DNA of 59,443 nt, counting the filler, from Squatina squatina (taxonomy: Eukaryota): assembly GCA_031763465.1 (NCBI GenBank). It is 3 parts of 3 records of this genome, joined end to end, with 100 filler letters (N's around TTAATTAATTAA, not from the genome) between each part and the next. Parts side by side here need not be neighbours in the genome. Positions count along the whole stretch, not along the records: positions 1 to 28,149 come from JARFOE010000168.1; positions 28,250 to 43,221 come from JARFOE010000176.1; 1 more part is not named here. The stretch is one strand, 5' to 3'. This document shows, one piece after another, positions 25,571 through 38,106 of this stretch (within the stretch, counting starts at the first letter, position 1; each line of letters begins with the position of its first letter). The notes under the pieces are model-generated. The model worked only from the letters and a program-made list of their open reading frames with translations. It had not been told where the DNA came from and made no database searches. Position numbers and translations under genes: made by a program.

Positions 25571-27689
25571 TTGAAAATGTCTATCTATAATTTACTAGGA
25601 CAAAGTGATGAGCATAGTTGTTCAAAGGCTAATTATAAGCAACGTTTTCTTTGATCCAGCTATAGCAAGCCCGTTAATGCTTTCCTTTTCCTGCCAGAGC
25701 TCGTGTGATTTAAAAGCTTAAAAATGGCAAATTTGTGGACTCCATTGACAGGGAAATTATTTGTCTTGTGATAAATTAGTGCTGGGTTTTACACTTGAAA
25801 TACATACACTTATACAGAAGTAAATGCCACAGAAGTAGGAAAACTGGTATATTTTACCCTCTCTGACAGCTGAATGGACAAAAGAAGCAGTGTTCCTTTC
25901 AGGACTTGAACATTATATCACCAAGCCTTTCATGAATACTCTCCTTCAGTCGCATACATCAGAGCATCCTGAAAGTGCTAATTGTTTTTTATGACCTGAA
26001 CAATAGCCGAGCATAACCTGCACGGTAAAATTACTTTTTTCCTTTCTTTAAAGTCAGGCTTTTACCCTGAATGAGGAAAAAAAAATAGCAGATGCACAAC
26101 GTGACATTAATCTGTGGGTAATAACACATCTATTTCAGCTAAGTGTCATGCACTGGCGGATTAATTGAGAATGGAATGCTTGAGATGCCGTTCTGGTGCT
26201 GCCTTCAAGCTGCAGAATCTTGCCAGCTTTAATTAGTCGCTGTTGACATGGATGGAGATGACAAGTGCTGCAGTGCATTAAAAAAACGTAGTGACATATT
26301 GTAAATACCGAGGTCAGGTGATGTGTCAGACAGCATTTTACAGTCCGCATTGCACACAAACTCACAAGGCAAGCATAAAGGTAGGGGAGCGTACCCAGTC
26401 ATCTCGGGTCATAGACAAACAGTGGACAGACACCACTGACTGACACATTTAGACAACAGCAATATACAGTACATGAGCCCTAGCAGAAGGTGAAAAATAT
26501 TAATGGCAAGAAATCTGAAAATAAAATAAAGAGAAACATTGCAATAGATTTAGCCATAGTTTCAGGAATGTTTCACACTGGACCATACATTGCTGAAAAA
26601 GGGAAGGTTCATGCAAACATTGCATTTCTACGTTTCTTAAAAGTTTAATGAGTATCAGCCTCGAGACTCTGCTTGCAAATATAATTGAAGTGCACATAAT
26701 TTCCCATCACCAAGTCACAGAGTTAGACTTAAGGAATGGGGCTCAGCACCACATGGGACATCCTGTCAAGTACTTCAGAAACTTTCAAATTGCAAATGCA
26801 CAAACTGACCATTATGGAAAATGCTACAATTTTACTTTTAAGCTAGTTTGGACGGACTGATGTTTGGAGTGAAATGGTACTCCCAATGCTTCACATTTAT
26901 CAGATTTCCAATCTGTGTGAGATTTTTGTGAAGATATCAATGACAATCAAGTTGATACCCATTAATACTGACATTTACACAATCTGACCAGTAAATGCTG
27001 TGCTGTGAGCACTTTTACCACATTACAACATGCAAATTTCGATTGTAGAAGTTGACACTGTTTGATCCTGGTTCTTACCATTGCCGACAAACATGCTCCT
27101 CAATTTCTGAGTGCTGCTATAACACCGTTATAAATGTTATGGATGTACAGAAGATAGCTAACAGGTGTGTAATTACAGATACATATATAGTGAGTGGAGA
27201 CTTATGGTGAGCGCAATTGTTGTAGGAACTTGGATATAATAAAACATAGAAGTAAGTACGGATTAATCTTCTGTCAGGATTATGAATTAACATATCGCAC
27301 AACTACGATCACTACTCACATTACAGATTATAGCACAAACAAATAAAATTGAAAGTTTGGCTTTTAGCAAGGCCAGGCACTCTCAGAAATAATCCAATAC
27401 AACTACAGAAGGCATTATGCTATTTTTCCACAGGATTATAAAATGTGGAGTCTTAACACAAATGCTGCAATGCAGAATAGCCTGATGAGTCCCGGAATAA
27501 GTCATTGTTCAAACATGTTAATTATTGGTCCGAGATCCTTTACACAGCCAGATGAAACCACCCTGCAAATATACATTTATGTTTTAACAAACATTTCTCG
27601 TAAAAATATAGTCATCTTATTCAAAAAGAGACAGACAGACACACACACACACACGCACAGTGCAATTCTTCTCTCCGTGGTGAGTTAGC

Positions 27690-27978
27690 GACAGAATGGC
27701 ATACTGCCTCCCCCTGTGAATCCACCACAAACCCTCTGTAATTTTCTCCTAGGGCCACAATTATGCACGCAGAGTGGCTTTGGAGCTGTGATAATGCTCT
27801 GGATAGAGGGAAGTTCAGTCTTTAATCGGCTGCAGCCAGTTAAAGGGGTCATCCATTTTGAAGCAGCAGGCAGTGTCAGATGTCTCAGGGAGCAACAGCC
27901 TTGGGGGTGGATCAGCAGGAGCAAGAACTCACAGGTTTTCGGATGCGTCTGTGGAGATGCTGCTGGCTGAAGTCAGAA
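27690..27978 (+). mobile_element. Harbinger Myb/SANT-like ORF 5' remnant
   Basis: ARTHRFSDASVEMLLAEVR resembles the Myb/SANT (MSANTD-like) N-terminal R.PRFS..E.E.L...V motif. Confidence 0.6.
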
Positions 27979-27984
27979 CATCTC

Positions 27985-28078
27985 AGAACATAAGACATAA
28001 TAGGAGCCGGAGTAGGCCATTCAGCCCCTCGAGCCTGCTCCATCATTCAACAAGATCGTGGCTGATCTTCTACCTCAA
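27985..28078 (-). mobile_element. CR1 LINE extreme 3' end, reverse orientation
   Basis: Near-identical reverse complement of 49040-49140. Confidence 0.92.
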
Positions 28079-28149
28079 TGACAAGGTCCCACACAAGAGA
28101 TTAGTGTGCAAACTTAAAGCACATGGTATTGGGGGTAATGTATTGATGT
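28079..28149 (+). mobile_element. CR1 RT internal fragment
   Basis: DKVPHKRLVCKLKAHGIGGNVL. Confidence 0.9.
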
Positions 28150-28249
28150 NNNNNNNNNNNNNNNNNNNNNNNNNNNNNNNNNNNNNNNNNNNNTTAATTA
28201 ATTAANNNNNNNNNNNNNNNNNNNNNNNNNNNNNNNNNNNNNNNNNNNN
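28150..28249. other. Artificial scaffold linker
   Basis: 44 N + TTAATTAATTAA (28194-28205, stops in all six frames) + 44 N. Confidence 0.95.
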
Positions 28250-28360
28250 AATCCGGGGTCTGCCCCCACTGCAGATGCTAATCCGGGGTCTGCTCCCAAT
28301 GCAGATGCTCATCCGGGGCCTGCTCCCAATGCAGACACTCATCCCGGCCCTGCTCCCACT
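28250..28360. repeat. 30-bp minisatellite (about 3.5 units)
   Basis: atccggggtctgctcccaatgcagatgcta-like units at 28251, 28281, 28311 and 28341. Confidence 0.9.
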
Positions 28361-29130
28361 TCCCACTGCATCAGGGGCTAGAGCTGCCCTCGGGGCAGGG
28401 CTGGAAATGCTCCTGACGTTCAGGCCTCTGCTCCCTGTTAGCCCTGTCTGTGCTGCTGTTAACCCAGGAGAAGGTTTTTTTTAGTCGTTTTCTGTTGTTT
28501 TCAAGTGAACAGAAGGTGCGTTCCATTGTTTATGTAATGCTCCTGGGCTAAGTTACATTGCAAAAAAAAATGTGATTGCAGTCTAACTTTTTCATAACCT
28601 TTGAAAGATTTCCCTCTGAAGTTAGCAAAGCTGTTCCTAAGTATTTGTTAATAACTTCCATACCACGGACTCTCTCATCCAAAAACCAAGGATAAACAAT
28701 GTGGGCTGCAGGGGGAGGACCCATCAGCCAGCCGAATGGAGCTATGGAGCGCATCTGCCTGCTGTATTTTCATACACATCTGGGGTTCTCCGCATTACTG
28801 ACTCGACGGCTGTGTTTGAACATATTCCTGTAAATGAACTGTTTTTTGCTCTCCTGTAACTGAACAGGTCAAATTCCTTTTTAACTGAAGGCCACTCAGT
28901 GATTATTACTGGTACTTTGGGGATTCAGTTCCACGACTGTCCACCATTCACTGAAAACCGTGAATGAGCAGCCTCTACCCTATCCATCTATTACTGTCAT
29001 AATTCTGTGAGTTTTAACATTAGATCAAATTAAGTGTCACTGGCCATAAGTGGCCCTTGTCTCCCCTATGATTCAGCGTGTATATTTTTTCTGCTCAATT
29101 TCTAGGTAAGTTATAAGGAGTCCTGGGGAT

Positions 29131-30621
29131 TGTCCCTCACTCTGTACCCTGTTCCCTCACACAACACGCTGGTCACTCACACTGTACCCTCGTCTCTCAC
29201 ACTGTACCGTGGTCACTCACACTGTACCCTGGTCCCTCACACTATACCCTGGTCCCTCACACTATACACTGGTCCCTCACACTGTACCCTGGTCCCTCAC
29301 ACTGTTTCCTGGTCACTCACACTATAACCTGGTCACTCACACTGTACCCTGGTCACTCACACTATACCCTGGTCCCTCACACTATACCCTGGTCCCTCAC
29401 ACTATACCCTGGTCTCTCACACTATACGCTGATTCCTCACACTATACCCTGGTCGCTCACACTATAACCTGGCCGCTCACAATATACCCTGGTCCCGCAC
29501 ACTATAACCTGGTCCCTCACAATATGCCCTGGTCCCTCACACTATAGCCTGGTCTCTCACACTATACTCTGGTCCCTCACACTATACCCTGGCCCCTCAC
29601 ACTATACCCTGGACCCTCACACTACACCCTGTCACCTCACACTATACCCTGATTCCTCACACTATATCCAGGTCATTTACACTATCCCCTGGTCCCTCAC
29701 ACTATCCCCTGGTCTCTCACACTACCCTGATTCCTCAAACTATACCCCGGACCCTCACACTATACGCTGGTCCCCCACACTGTACCCTGATTCCTCACAC
29801 TATAACCTGGGCCCTCACACTATAACCTGGCCCTCACACTAAACCCTGGACCCTCACACTATACCCTGGGTCCTCACAATATAGCCTGTCGCCTCACACT
29901 ATACCCTTTTCCCTCACACTATACGCTGATCTCTCACACTATACCCTGGTCTCTCACACTATACGCTGATTCCTCACACTATAACCTGGTCCCTCACACT
30001 ATACGCTGATCCCTCACCCTGTACCCTGTGGTCACTCACACCATAACCTGGCCGCTCACATTATACCCTGGTCTCTCACACTATACCCTGGGGTCTCAAA
30101 CTATATCCTGGGGTCTCACACTATAGCCTGGTCCCTCACACTATAGCCTGGTCCCTCACACGATACGCTGATGTCCCACACTATACCCTGGTCTCTGACA
30201 CTATTTGCTGATTCCTCACACTATACCCTGGGGTCGCACAATATACCCTGACCCCTCACACTGTACTCTGATTCTTCACACCATACCCGGGTCACTCACA
30301 GTATTTCCTGATTTCTCATACTATAACCTGGTCCCTCACACTATACACTGATCCCTCACCCTATACACTGTGGCCACACACTATAGCCTGGCCCCTCACA
30401 CTACACCCTAATTCCTCACACTACACCCTGATTCCTCACACTATACCCGGGTCACTCACACTATTCCCTGCTTCCTCACACTATAACCTGGTCCCTCACA
30501 CTATACACTGATCCCTCACCCTATACGCTGTGGCCGCACACTGTAGCCTGGTCCCTCACACTATACCCTAGTCCCTTTACACTATACCCTGGTCCCTTCA
30601 CACGATATCCTGATTCCTCAC
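29131..30621. repeat. 20-bp minisatellite (about 74 units)
   Basis: Consensus ctcacactataccctggtcc; runs into a gap. Confidence 0.97.
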
Positions 30622-31654
30622 NNNNNNNNNNNNNNNNNNNNNNNNNNNNNNNNNNNNNNNNNNNNNNNNNNNNNNNNNNNNNNNNNNNNNNNNNNNNNNN
30701 NNNNNNNNNNNNNNNNNNNNNAGCACAGGCCACATAATGTGCTTTAGCAAAATGTGTGATACACAACAGGAATGCAGTGTCTCAAACCTTTGTCACGTTC
30801 ATATTCATTCGGGTTGCCGGAATTCTCGAAGGCAATTTTTGAGGTCCAAACATTCATCACCAGTACCCGGCTGCTGTACCTTAAATCGTGATGCTTGTTG
30901 GGTGGTGCGCAGAGACCTTTACTCCACATCCAACCTGTTCTGGGTGTACTTTGATACTGACAGCAGGTACAAAATATAGCAAATATTTCTAACGCCCAGT
31001 AATGATCTGTCTCACCGTGATCAGTACGCAGAGAATATTGTCATAAGCACCACACAAGTGACTTAGAATCTAATCATGTGCAGGTCAAGCTATATCAAAC
31101 TGATCAAGGCTCACCATCATTGCTTCAAGCACATTTCAACAATGTTAAAGTTAATGTAGGAAAAACTCCACAGTCTCTGTGATTTTTCAGGTTTTGTTAA
31201 ACCACAGGTTTTCTTAAACCAAGTACTAACCTTTTTCCTACAAGCTTATCATCTCCACTCATTAACCACTCAATAGGGCATCAGAACACCATCAGGAATT
31301 CATCTGTCATTGTAGGAAATTTACATGGGATTCGAAACAAAAGGGGCAGACTCTCATCCAGCATAGTGAATGGAAGCTCAGTCACACTTTCAAGAGGCAA
31401 CTGGACCAGACCCCTGATTCAGCAAGCGGTAGAGGGATGGGGCAGAGCAGTGAAGAAAAATTGTCATTCTTGGTCCCCAAAAGGGGAACTCAATAAGACA
31501 TGCAGTCCTCAGTCCTCTCACTTTAGAACCTTCTGCTAATCTCAGCTGCTGCTAATGACGCATACATCTGCACTGAGAGATGACCATGCAGATGCTGACA
31601 TATCATCATGCAAAGATTATGCCTTTACATCTGCAAGCTAAGGTTGCTGTCAAC

Positions 31655-31815
31655 AGGGCCTCCCAACAGGGGACAGGGGAAGGCCCATCCACGGAGGTGC
31701 CCCTATCGCAATTGGAGGAGTGGTGTTGGACCTAATCGGGCCACAGGTGACGGACCCAGTTTGCCAGGGAGAGGCAGAGGGGATAGTGGTGACAGTGGAA
31801 ATTCTTGCACAAAGG
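31655..31815 (+). mobile_element. Harbinger Myb/SANT ORF internal remnant
   Basis: With one frameshift reads QGTGEGPSTEVPLSQLEE/VVLDLIGPQ, like the TGGG...L...EE.VL.L.G motif; has splice-like ends cag|...aag|gtaaga. Confidence 0.5.
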
Positions 31816-33528
31816 TAAGAAGGCAATTTACCTTGAGTGTATGAAGCTGCATGAAAGTGGGCATGACCAGTGCGGACATCCTTGATGCCCCATTTGTGTG
31901 GCCTTTCAATTCTACCATCTGAAGTCTCTGCTATTTGTNNNNNNNNNNNNNNNNNNNNNNNNNNNNNNNNNNNNNNNNNNNNNNNNNNNNNNNNNNNNNN
32001 NNNNNNNNNNNNNNNNNNNNNNNNNNNNNNNNNNNNNNAAGGTTTGTCCCGGTTTGGTCTTCCCAAAATGTGGTCACCCTTCCATTACCCCTACTCACTA
32101 TACTCTCACCCTGTTTGATGTCCTCTCAAAGCCCTTGACTGGATGACATCAGTTTGAATGCAATCCAACATTTCTTAAAGGGAAGTCCAGTGCTATAAAT
32201 GTTCAATGGGGAACTGGAAGTATTCCTGGCCTAGACCACTATGGTTGCAGTGAAAAGGTAGTGGGGTGCTGGGCGATATGCCTGTCTCCCAGGAGTCAAT
32301 CTGGCTGCTGGTGAGTAGGAGCATTGGGGGATCATGGTGATCAGGGCACCATGACAAACAGGCCAGCCTTGATGGACCAGCTGGTCTTTTCCTGTGTCAT
32401 TTTCATTTGTTCATAAGTTTTTAAAAAGTGAAGAATTTTTGACTTTTCAATTCCAGTTTTAAGGATTAATTACCTGCTAAAGGAGCTGAGTTTGGTTAAA
32501 AGTATTAATTCAACAGAGAAATTGCTAAACTGACTGTTCAACTGCATGCTGGGAAGGTTGGCCACATTGGAAAAGTCTACTTCAGCAGAATATCTAGAAG
32601 GTTAAAGATGAGATATCCGAGAGGCCCTGAGAGTCTGTGAGAAGCTGGTATAAACATCAGATGCTGTATTAACTGGTGTTACACCATGGGAAAAGTACCA
32701 ACAGCGTGTTTTTGTCCGCAAGAAGGGTATAGAACCAACCATTTTAGTAAGTTCGAAGAGACCATCCATGAGACTGACCAGAGACAGTCCACCCGACCGA
32801 CTGGAAACACAGACCAGAAGGATGTCAATGGAGAATTAACCCCTCAGTCTCTCGAAGCAGAATACTTTGACAACTCTGAGCTTCAAGTTCTACTTCTAAC
32901 TAAGGTCATAAGCATCTTTATCTGTAAAATTATTGCAGTTAATAAAACTAATAGATAGAAGAGTAAAAAAGCCTTGGTTTGGTCTGATTGCTCTAAAGAG
33001 TAAAGATAATTGAAACAAAACCCTATGAAAGAGTTACGAGACAGTCAACAGCACAGAGGCTGCTCCTGCAAGAGTATCAGCTGTCTGAACACTTCTTGCA
33101 TCTACAGATTACAGAAAGCCAGCAGCGCTCTTCCATAATTCATGATATTGATGAGACTCAAGACTGCCTGGAACAAAGCATTAGCACGCTGTCCTTTCAT
33201 TTTAGGGAATCAGGTTCAAAAGCAGCCCAAACCGATCGGGGCAAAGTCTCATCTCTATTGCTGCAAGAGTCTCTTATCAAACACTGTCCCAATTTCGAAC
33301 AGGCCACAAGGGTGGCTGGAATGGGAAATGGAAATGTCACACTGGCATTCTTCTGAAATGGAGGCCAAGTCATATTGTTTCAGCTGTTCACATTTAACCT
33401 ACGATACACTTGACTTGGAAGTACTTAATGCTGAATATGTGAACATGTTGCAATTCCCAACACTGACAATGTGCTATGTGTTCAATTCAATAAAAACACT
33501 TAACCAAAACAAAATAAGTGATTCCAAC

Positions 33529-34026
33529 CTTTCTGGAGAGTCTGGGTCAAAACAAGTTTTCCTCACATCTGTAATCGTGGGATCGCAGCAGTCACCATCA
33601 TCAAAGTCATCCAGGATATTATTGCATTCCATGTTACAGATCCCGTCCCTCCTCTTCCAAACATAGCACCTCCCCAGAAAGCGACAGTCCCCTCCATCAT
33701 ACCCTGTCAAGGGGTGGTCACACTCGGGGTCACAGTGGTCATTCCCGATCTTGCTCTTCTCACAGTTGACCAGAATGATTCGGTTCCGAATGGTGGTGTT
33801 GAGGACCTTGGTGACGGTGAGTTCCCATGTTATGTTGTACCTGCTGAAGGCCCTGTTCAACGCCTGGTGCTGAAGCTCAATCTGCTCCTTTGTAACCGTG
33901 GGGTTTTGCTGCTTGTCATCATGCACATTGATCACTCTGTAGTGGATCAGCTTTTCACTTCTCAGTGGCCAGTAACTGTTGTAGTTCTTGATGACATCAA
34001 TATTGTCGCAAACCGTCAGTCCACAT
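33529..34026 (-). CDS. PAPPA2: Pappalysin-2 exon, 3' part (proteolytic domain start with LNR repeats); 5' part lost in gap
   Basis: CGLTVCDN...YWPLRSEK...[24 protein letters not shown]...[10 protein letters not shown]...[14 protein letters not shown], donor AG|GTTGGA; YWPLR.EK and [20 protein letters not shown] match PAPPA2 better than PAPPA as recalled. Confidence 0.92.
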
Positions 34027-34126
34027 NNNNNNNNNNNNNNNNNNNNNNNNNNNNNNNNNNNNNNNNNNNNNNNNNNNNNNNNNNNNNNNNNNNNNNNNNN
34101 NNNNNNNNNNNNNNNNNNNNNNNNNN

Positions 34127-34480
34127 GTGGGGAGGCAGAGGTTCCCGTGATGGCTCGGTGGGTGCATGCACTGCCCCAGTGTGGCATTATTCCAACTAGA
34201 AAAAGAGGAAGGTACCCAGCATCGCTCCTGGACTGGGCAGCGTTAACTGAACTCAGGTTGGACAAGAGGTGGTACAGAGGTGCCTTCCCAGGATGAAGAA
34301 CAATTGTGTGTGCGCGCGTGTTCATACACACGTGCGTATGTGCACGTCAGGTGAGGACAGTTTTCACCTCATCTGATGCCCCTCTTGGTTGAACAGCTCA
34401 ATGTTCACACATGAAGATTGCCCAGTTGTGAAAGGTACCGGAGGTCTCCCCGCACGTGTGAAACGACAGTACCAGGGTGG
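34127..34480 (+). mobile_element. Decayed SINE-like interspersed repeat
   Basis: tRNA-like head (atggctcggtgggt) and body caggtgaggacag...tcacacatgaag...ggtaccggagg shared with 58530-58845. Confidence 0.55.
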
Positions 34481-35229
34481 GTCAGTGCCTTCAGGAGAGG
34501 GGGCGTAAAAGATAACAAAGGCAATTGCAACGAGGGCTCTGAATTGAAGCATTCATCCCCAGTTTCTCTTTGATGTCAGATACAGAAATCTAATACCTTT
34601 TTCCAAAAGGACAAAAAATACCCATTGTCCAACTGAGTGAAGAGTTGGAAGTGAATCGGTTGATGCAGCCTTCTGAGACAGGGACAAACTAATCTATATA
34701 AGAAATGGTCCAATGTCGTCCAACACCTTTCAGTTTAGTCAGCCAAGGCTCCATTAGCAGTGAAGTGCTCCATAATCAATAAGTAATAAATAAAATGTTG
34801 AATCAGGGAAGTATCTCCGTGACAATAATGTACGCACTGCAATGCATTACTCTTATGTTTCAGGTTGGTTTTCCTCTCAGGTTGCCAGCAATATTGCCCC
34901 ATTTACACATTAGGACAGGAAACCGGATTAGTTCCACATCCTTGAAAGCTTCTTGTGAGGCACATTAAGTGCACTGGAGAAAGACAACTGATATCCATTA
35001 TTGAAAGGGTTAAATCACAACCCAATGCTCGAGTGTGCTTTACACCGGAACAGGAGATAAAGCTGATTTAATCAGACAGCACTTAGTGCATTGGGTTGTA
35101 ATGAGGGCTCCAATGTACTCTATATTGGAATAGGGGAACAGAGCCAGTCAGAGCTAGGAGCTCCGTGTGTGTGAGGTTATAATGGGGGGGTCCTGGTGTA
35201 TTTTATAGTGGAATATGGGATGGAGCTTC

Positions 35230-35700
35230 TCAGAGCTCCCTGCATATCATATTATAGAGTCACAGAAATTTCTAGCCAAGGAGGGGATTCCTTCCCCTAT
35301 CTTATCTGAAAGCAAGTTAAGCAGTTCCTTCATAGTCCTCAGCTCCCAGCCACAACACATGTTGATCCAGCTCCCTTTCAAATTGACCGCAAACCAACTG
35401 CTTCTTGGGAATCTGCTCCACATGCCCACGAAGCGAAGAGGAAAAGTATTGTTTTGAACTCTAACTTTGCTTGAGTCTGATTAATTTTTCACTTGTGTTG
35501 TCCAGTCCTGTCCTTATTGTCCAATATAAATGACTTACTTACTTCAACCTTATCGACACCTTTTATTATTTTTAAGACTGGTATGAATATAAGACTAGTC
35601 TTTTGAATCTTTCTCGATAACTTAGTCCCCTAGGGCCTCAAATCATCCTGGTCATTCCTCTCTCAACCCTTTCTACTTCATCCATATCCTTCTTGAGCTA
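35230..35700 (-). mobile_element. Degenerate CR1 3' fragment
   Basis: atcatattatagagtcacagaa tail-like start; reverse strand resembles the CR1 ORF2 C-terminus. Confidence 0.6.
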
Positions 35701-35923
35701 GGATTCAGTCAGGAGGAGGGGCCTGACTTCCTGGCCTCCCGGCTAGCCCTCCAGTGAAAGATGGTGGCAGGCCCAGGGTAGTGTCCATAAGGAATGGCCT
35801 TAAATGGAGAAAAAGGCCCTGGTAGAAGCCTTCATTTCACCACAATGGCTTACCTACTGAAGGCTTTGGACACAACCAAGGCCTTCTGTGGATGACTTTG
35901 TCCTGTCTTTGGGGCACTGTGAC

Positions 35924-35994
35924 CAACGCTCCCTCTAAGCTGCGCGGCTGTGAAACTGAATGGGGCCCCTAAAAAGAAATTAGGAGGAACATTG
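35924..35994. mobile_element. 71-bp hAT-type MITE with 8-bp target site duplication
   Basis: TIRs caacgctccctctaa / ttaggaggaacattg (11/15); flanks actgtgac (35916-35923) and actatgac (35995-36002). Confidence 0.8.
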
Positions 35995-37834
35995 ACTATG
36001 ACCCCTTTAAACTTTTTTCTGGTGCTACAGTAGTGGTTGCGCTGCGACACCGCCTGTATCTTCCTGGGCCCACTGCAGGCTTGCGCTTGCTGGCGACAAT
36101 CCTGCCAGGAGGTCGCCATGAGTAGATAATAACCCCAATCCATGAAACTGGGCCGGACCAGGGCAGGGTCAGGGTGCTGAATGAAATTCCCATGTGCGGG
36201 ATAAGGAAAAACTAGCCTTATATGTTACCAATTCCTATATGCCATATTGAATATCGCGTCAGTAGATAGATTTTTACAATTAATTATTTAATTTTAATTT
36301 TTATGTAGTGCTTTTCATGACCCCAGGACATCCCATAACATTTTACAACCATGTGCAGTCTGATTCATCAGGGCAGTGAGCATTATTTCATGATAAACTG
36401 AGTACATTTAAGGAATATAAACAAAAAAATCGACCCGAAACGTTGACTCTGTNNNNNNNNNNNNNNNNNNNNNNNNNNNNNNNNNNNNNNNNNNNNNNNN
36501 NNNNNNNNNNNNNNNNNNNNNNNNNNNNNNNNNNNNNNNNNNNNNNNNNNNNGTGAAGACACAGCCACTGACAGAGCATGACAGTGTCACATCCGCCGGG
36601 AGTGTTTACGAGAATGAGAGGCTGCGAGATCTGGCTGTCAAGCGCATGGCAGGGTAAGGCAGCAAACCTATCCGCCCCATTTGGCTTTCAATGCAATACG
36701 TGGTGGATGTACACATGCATCCAGAATCCAGCTCTTCCCCAGTCAACAGCCGCTGAGACTCATCAGTCAACTCGACAGGAGCCTCCATCATCACCTCCGA
36801 TATAAATGCAAGGCTACTTGCCAGTGGGTTTAATTCAAGTCTGTTCACGTTTGCTAAAGCCTATTTTTACCCTCCCCCTCCCCCCCCCGCCCCCAAGAAT
36901 GGTTTGAGTAAATTTTCAGTACAGCAGGGGGAAAACCTGTCAACCAGTGAATTATAGACTGGGAGGTCATTTTCAGTCGAGGCCCACGCTTCCAATTGCA
37001 CTGCCGCGCCAAAACTGAAGAGGCATATTTTACACTGCAGTAAAAACATTTGCTCCCCTGGTACATGCGCTGAGGCGACAAGCTCCTGGTCTGCAGAAAT
37101 AATTATCTCCTTCTGTCCAGGTGGATGAATGCAGGCAAAGTTATGTCATGCTTGTTTTTGAGCAGTTCAGCCTGGAAGCAAGTCAAAGGTTTCAGTAATC
37201 AGCCTTTTCATGCTGCTGCCAAGGTATCCAAGAATAAATTCCCTCCCCAAAGTCATCTGTCAGTGAACTTGGCGAAATAGAAATAACAATCTTCACAAGC
37301 TTTTTTGTGGAAGGAAGAAGGTTTGCATATTCGGAGATTGGAGGAGAAAATGGAACTCTATATTTTACACCAACAACTGATATGTATCATCTGTATTCCA
37401 GCCAATGAACCCAGTTTCTTGGGAGCAATGCTTGACACTTTGAGGGCAAGTTTCTCCCTCTCCTTTGGAATGAAATAGTATCACGCCTTTGGAAACATCC
37501 ACGTTCAGGTATTTCCCGAAGAGATATATTGACATGTGACCTACCAGCGTCTGGTAGTATTGGGGGGGTGCCAGGGAGCGGCCCATTTCCTTTCGCTGTT
37601 GGGGTGCCCTTCTCCCATCCCCCTGCACAACCTACCCCATCCGGACCCAGATGCAACTAGCTGAAATCCTCAAGCGGGTCACAGTGGCAGAGCCCTGGCA
37701 GGTGGGAGGGAGGTCTGCAACCTACTGAAAGGAAACCACTGAGTGAGTCAGGCTTCGGGCCACATTGGATTAGCTGCACCCAACTGGTATACCTCCACCT
37801 TCTGAGCCAAACTTACCTCCATGCCTTCAATGGG

Positions 37835-38106
37835 CAAGAATGTGGCAGATGGACTGTAATGTGGAAACATGTGAAGTGATCCAAGGTGGTAGGAAAAACA
37901 GAATTGCAGAATATTTTTTTTTAAATGGTGAGAGATTGGGAAATGTTGATGTTCAAAGGGACCTGTTAGTCCTTGTACAAGAGTCACTGAAAGCCAACAT
38001 GCAGGTGCAGCAAGCAATTAGGAAGCAACATGGTATGTTGGCCTTTATTACAAGAGGATTTGAGTACAGGAGTAAAGATGTCTTACTGCAATTATATAGG
38101 ACCTTG
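37835..38106 (+). mobile_element. CR1 ORF2 fragment
   Basis: WQM..NVETCEV...LNGERLGNVDVQRDL...MLAFITRGFEYRSKDVLLQLYRTL. Confidence 0.93.

Noticed and set aside
27482-27520. ctgatgagtccc... hammerhead-like start (also on the minus strand at about 36760)
   Set aside because: No stem II closure followed by GAAA.
29130-29547. ORFs with HTVPWSLTL repeats
   Set aside because: They are translations of a 20-bp non-triplet minisatellite.
32686-32958. 90-aa ORF (also 24375-24647, 30737-30979, 37365-37656, 40383-40688)
   Set aside because: No recognisable domain or consistent splice signals; lengths are compatible with chance.
33142-34199. Plus-strand ORFs of 174 and 161 aa
   Set aside because: They are largely antisense shadows of the PAPPA2 exon.
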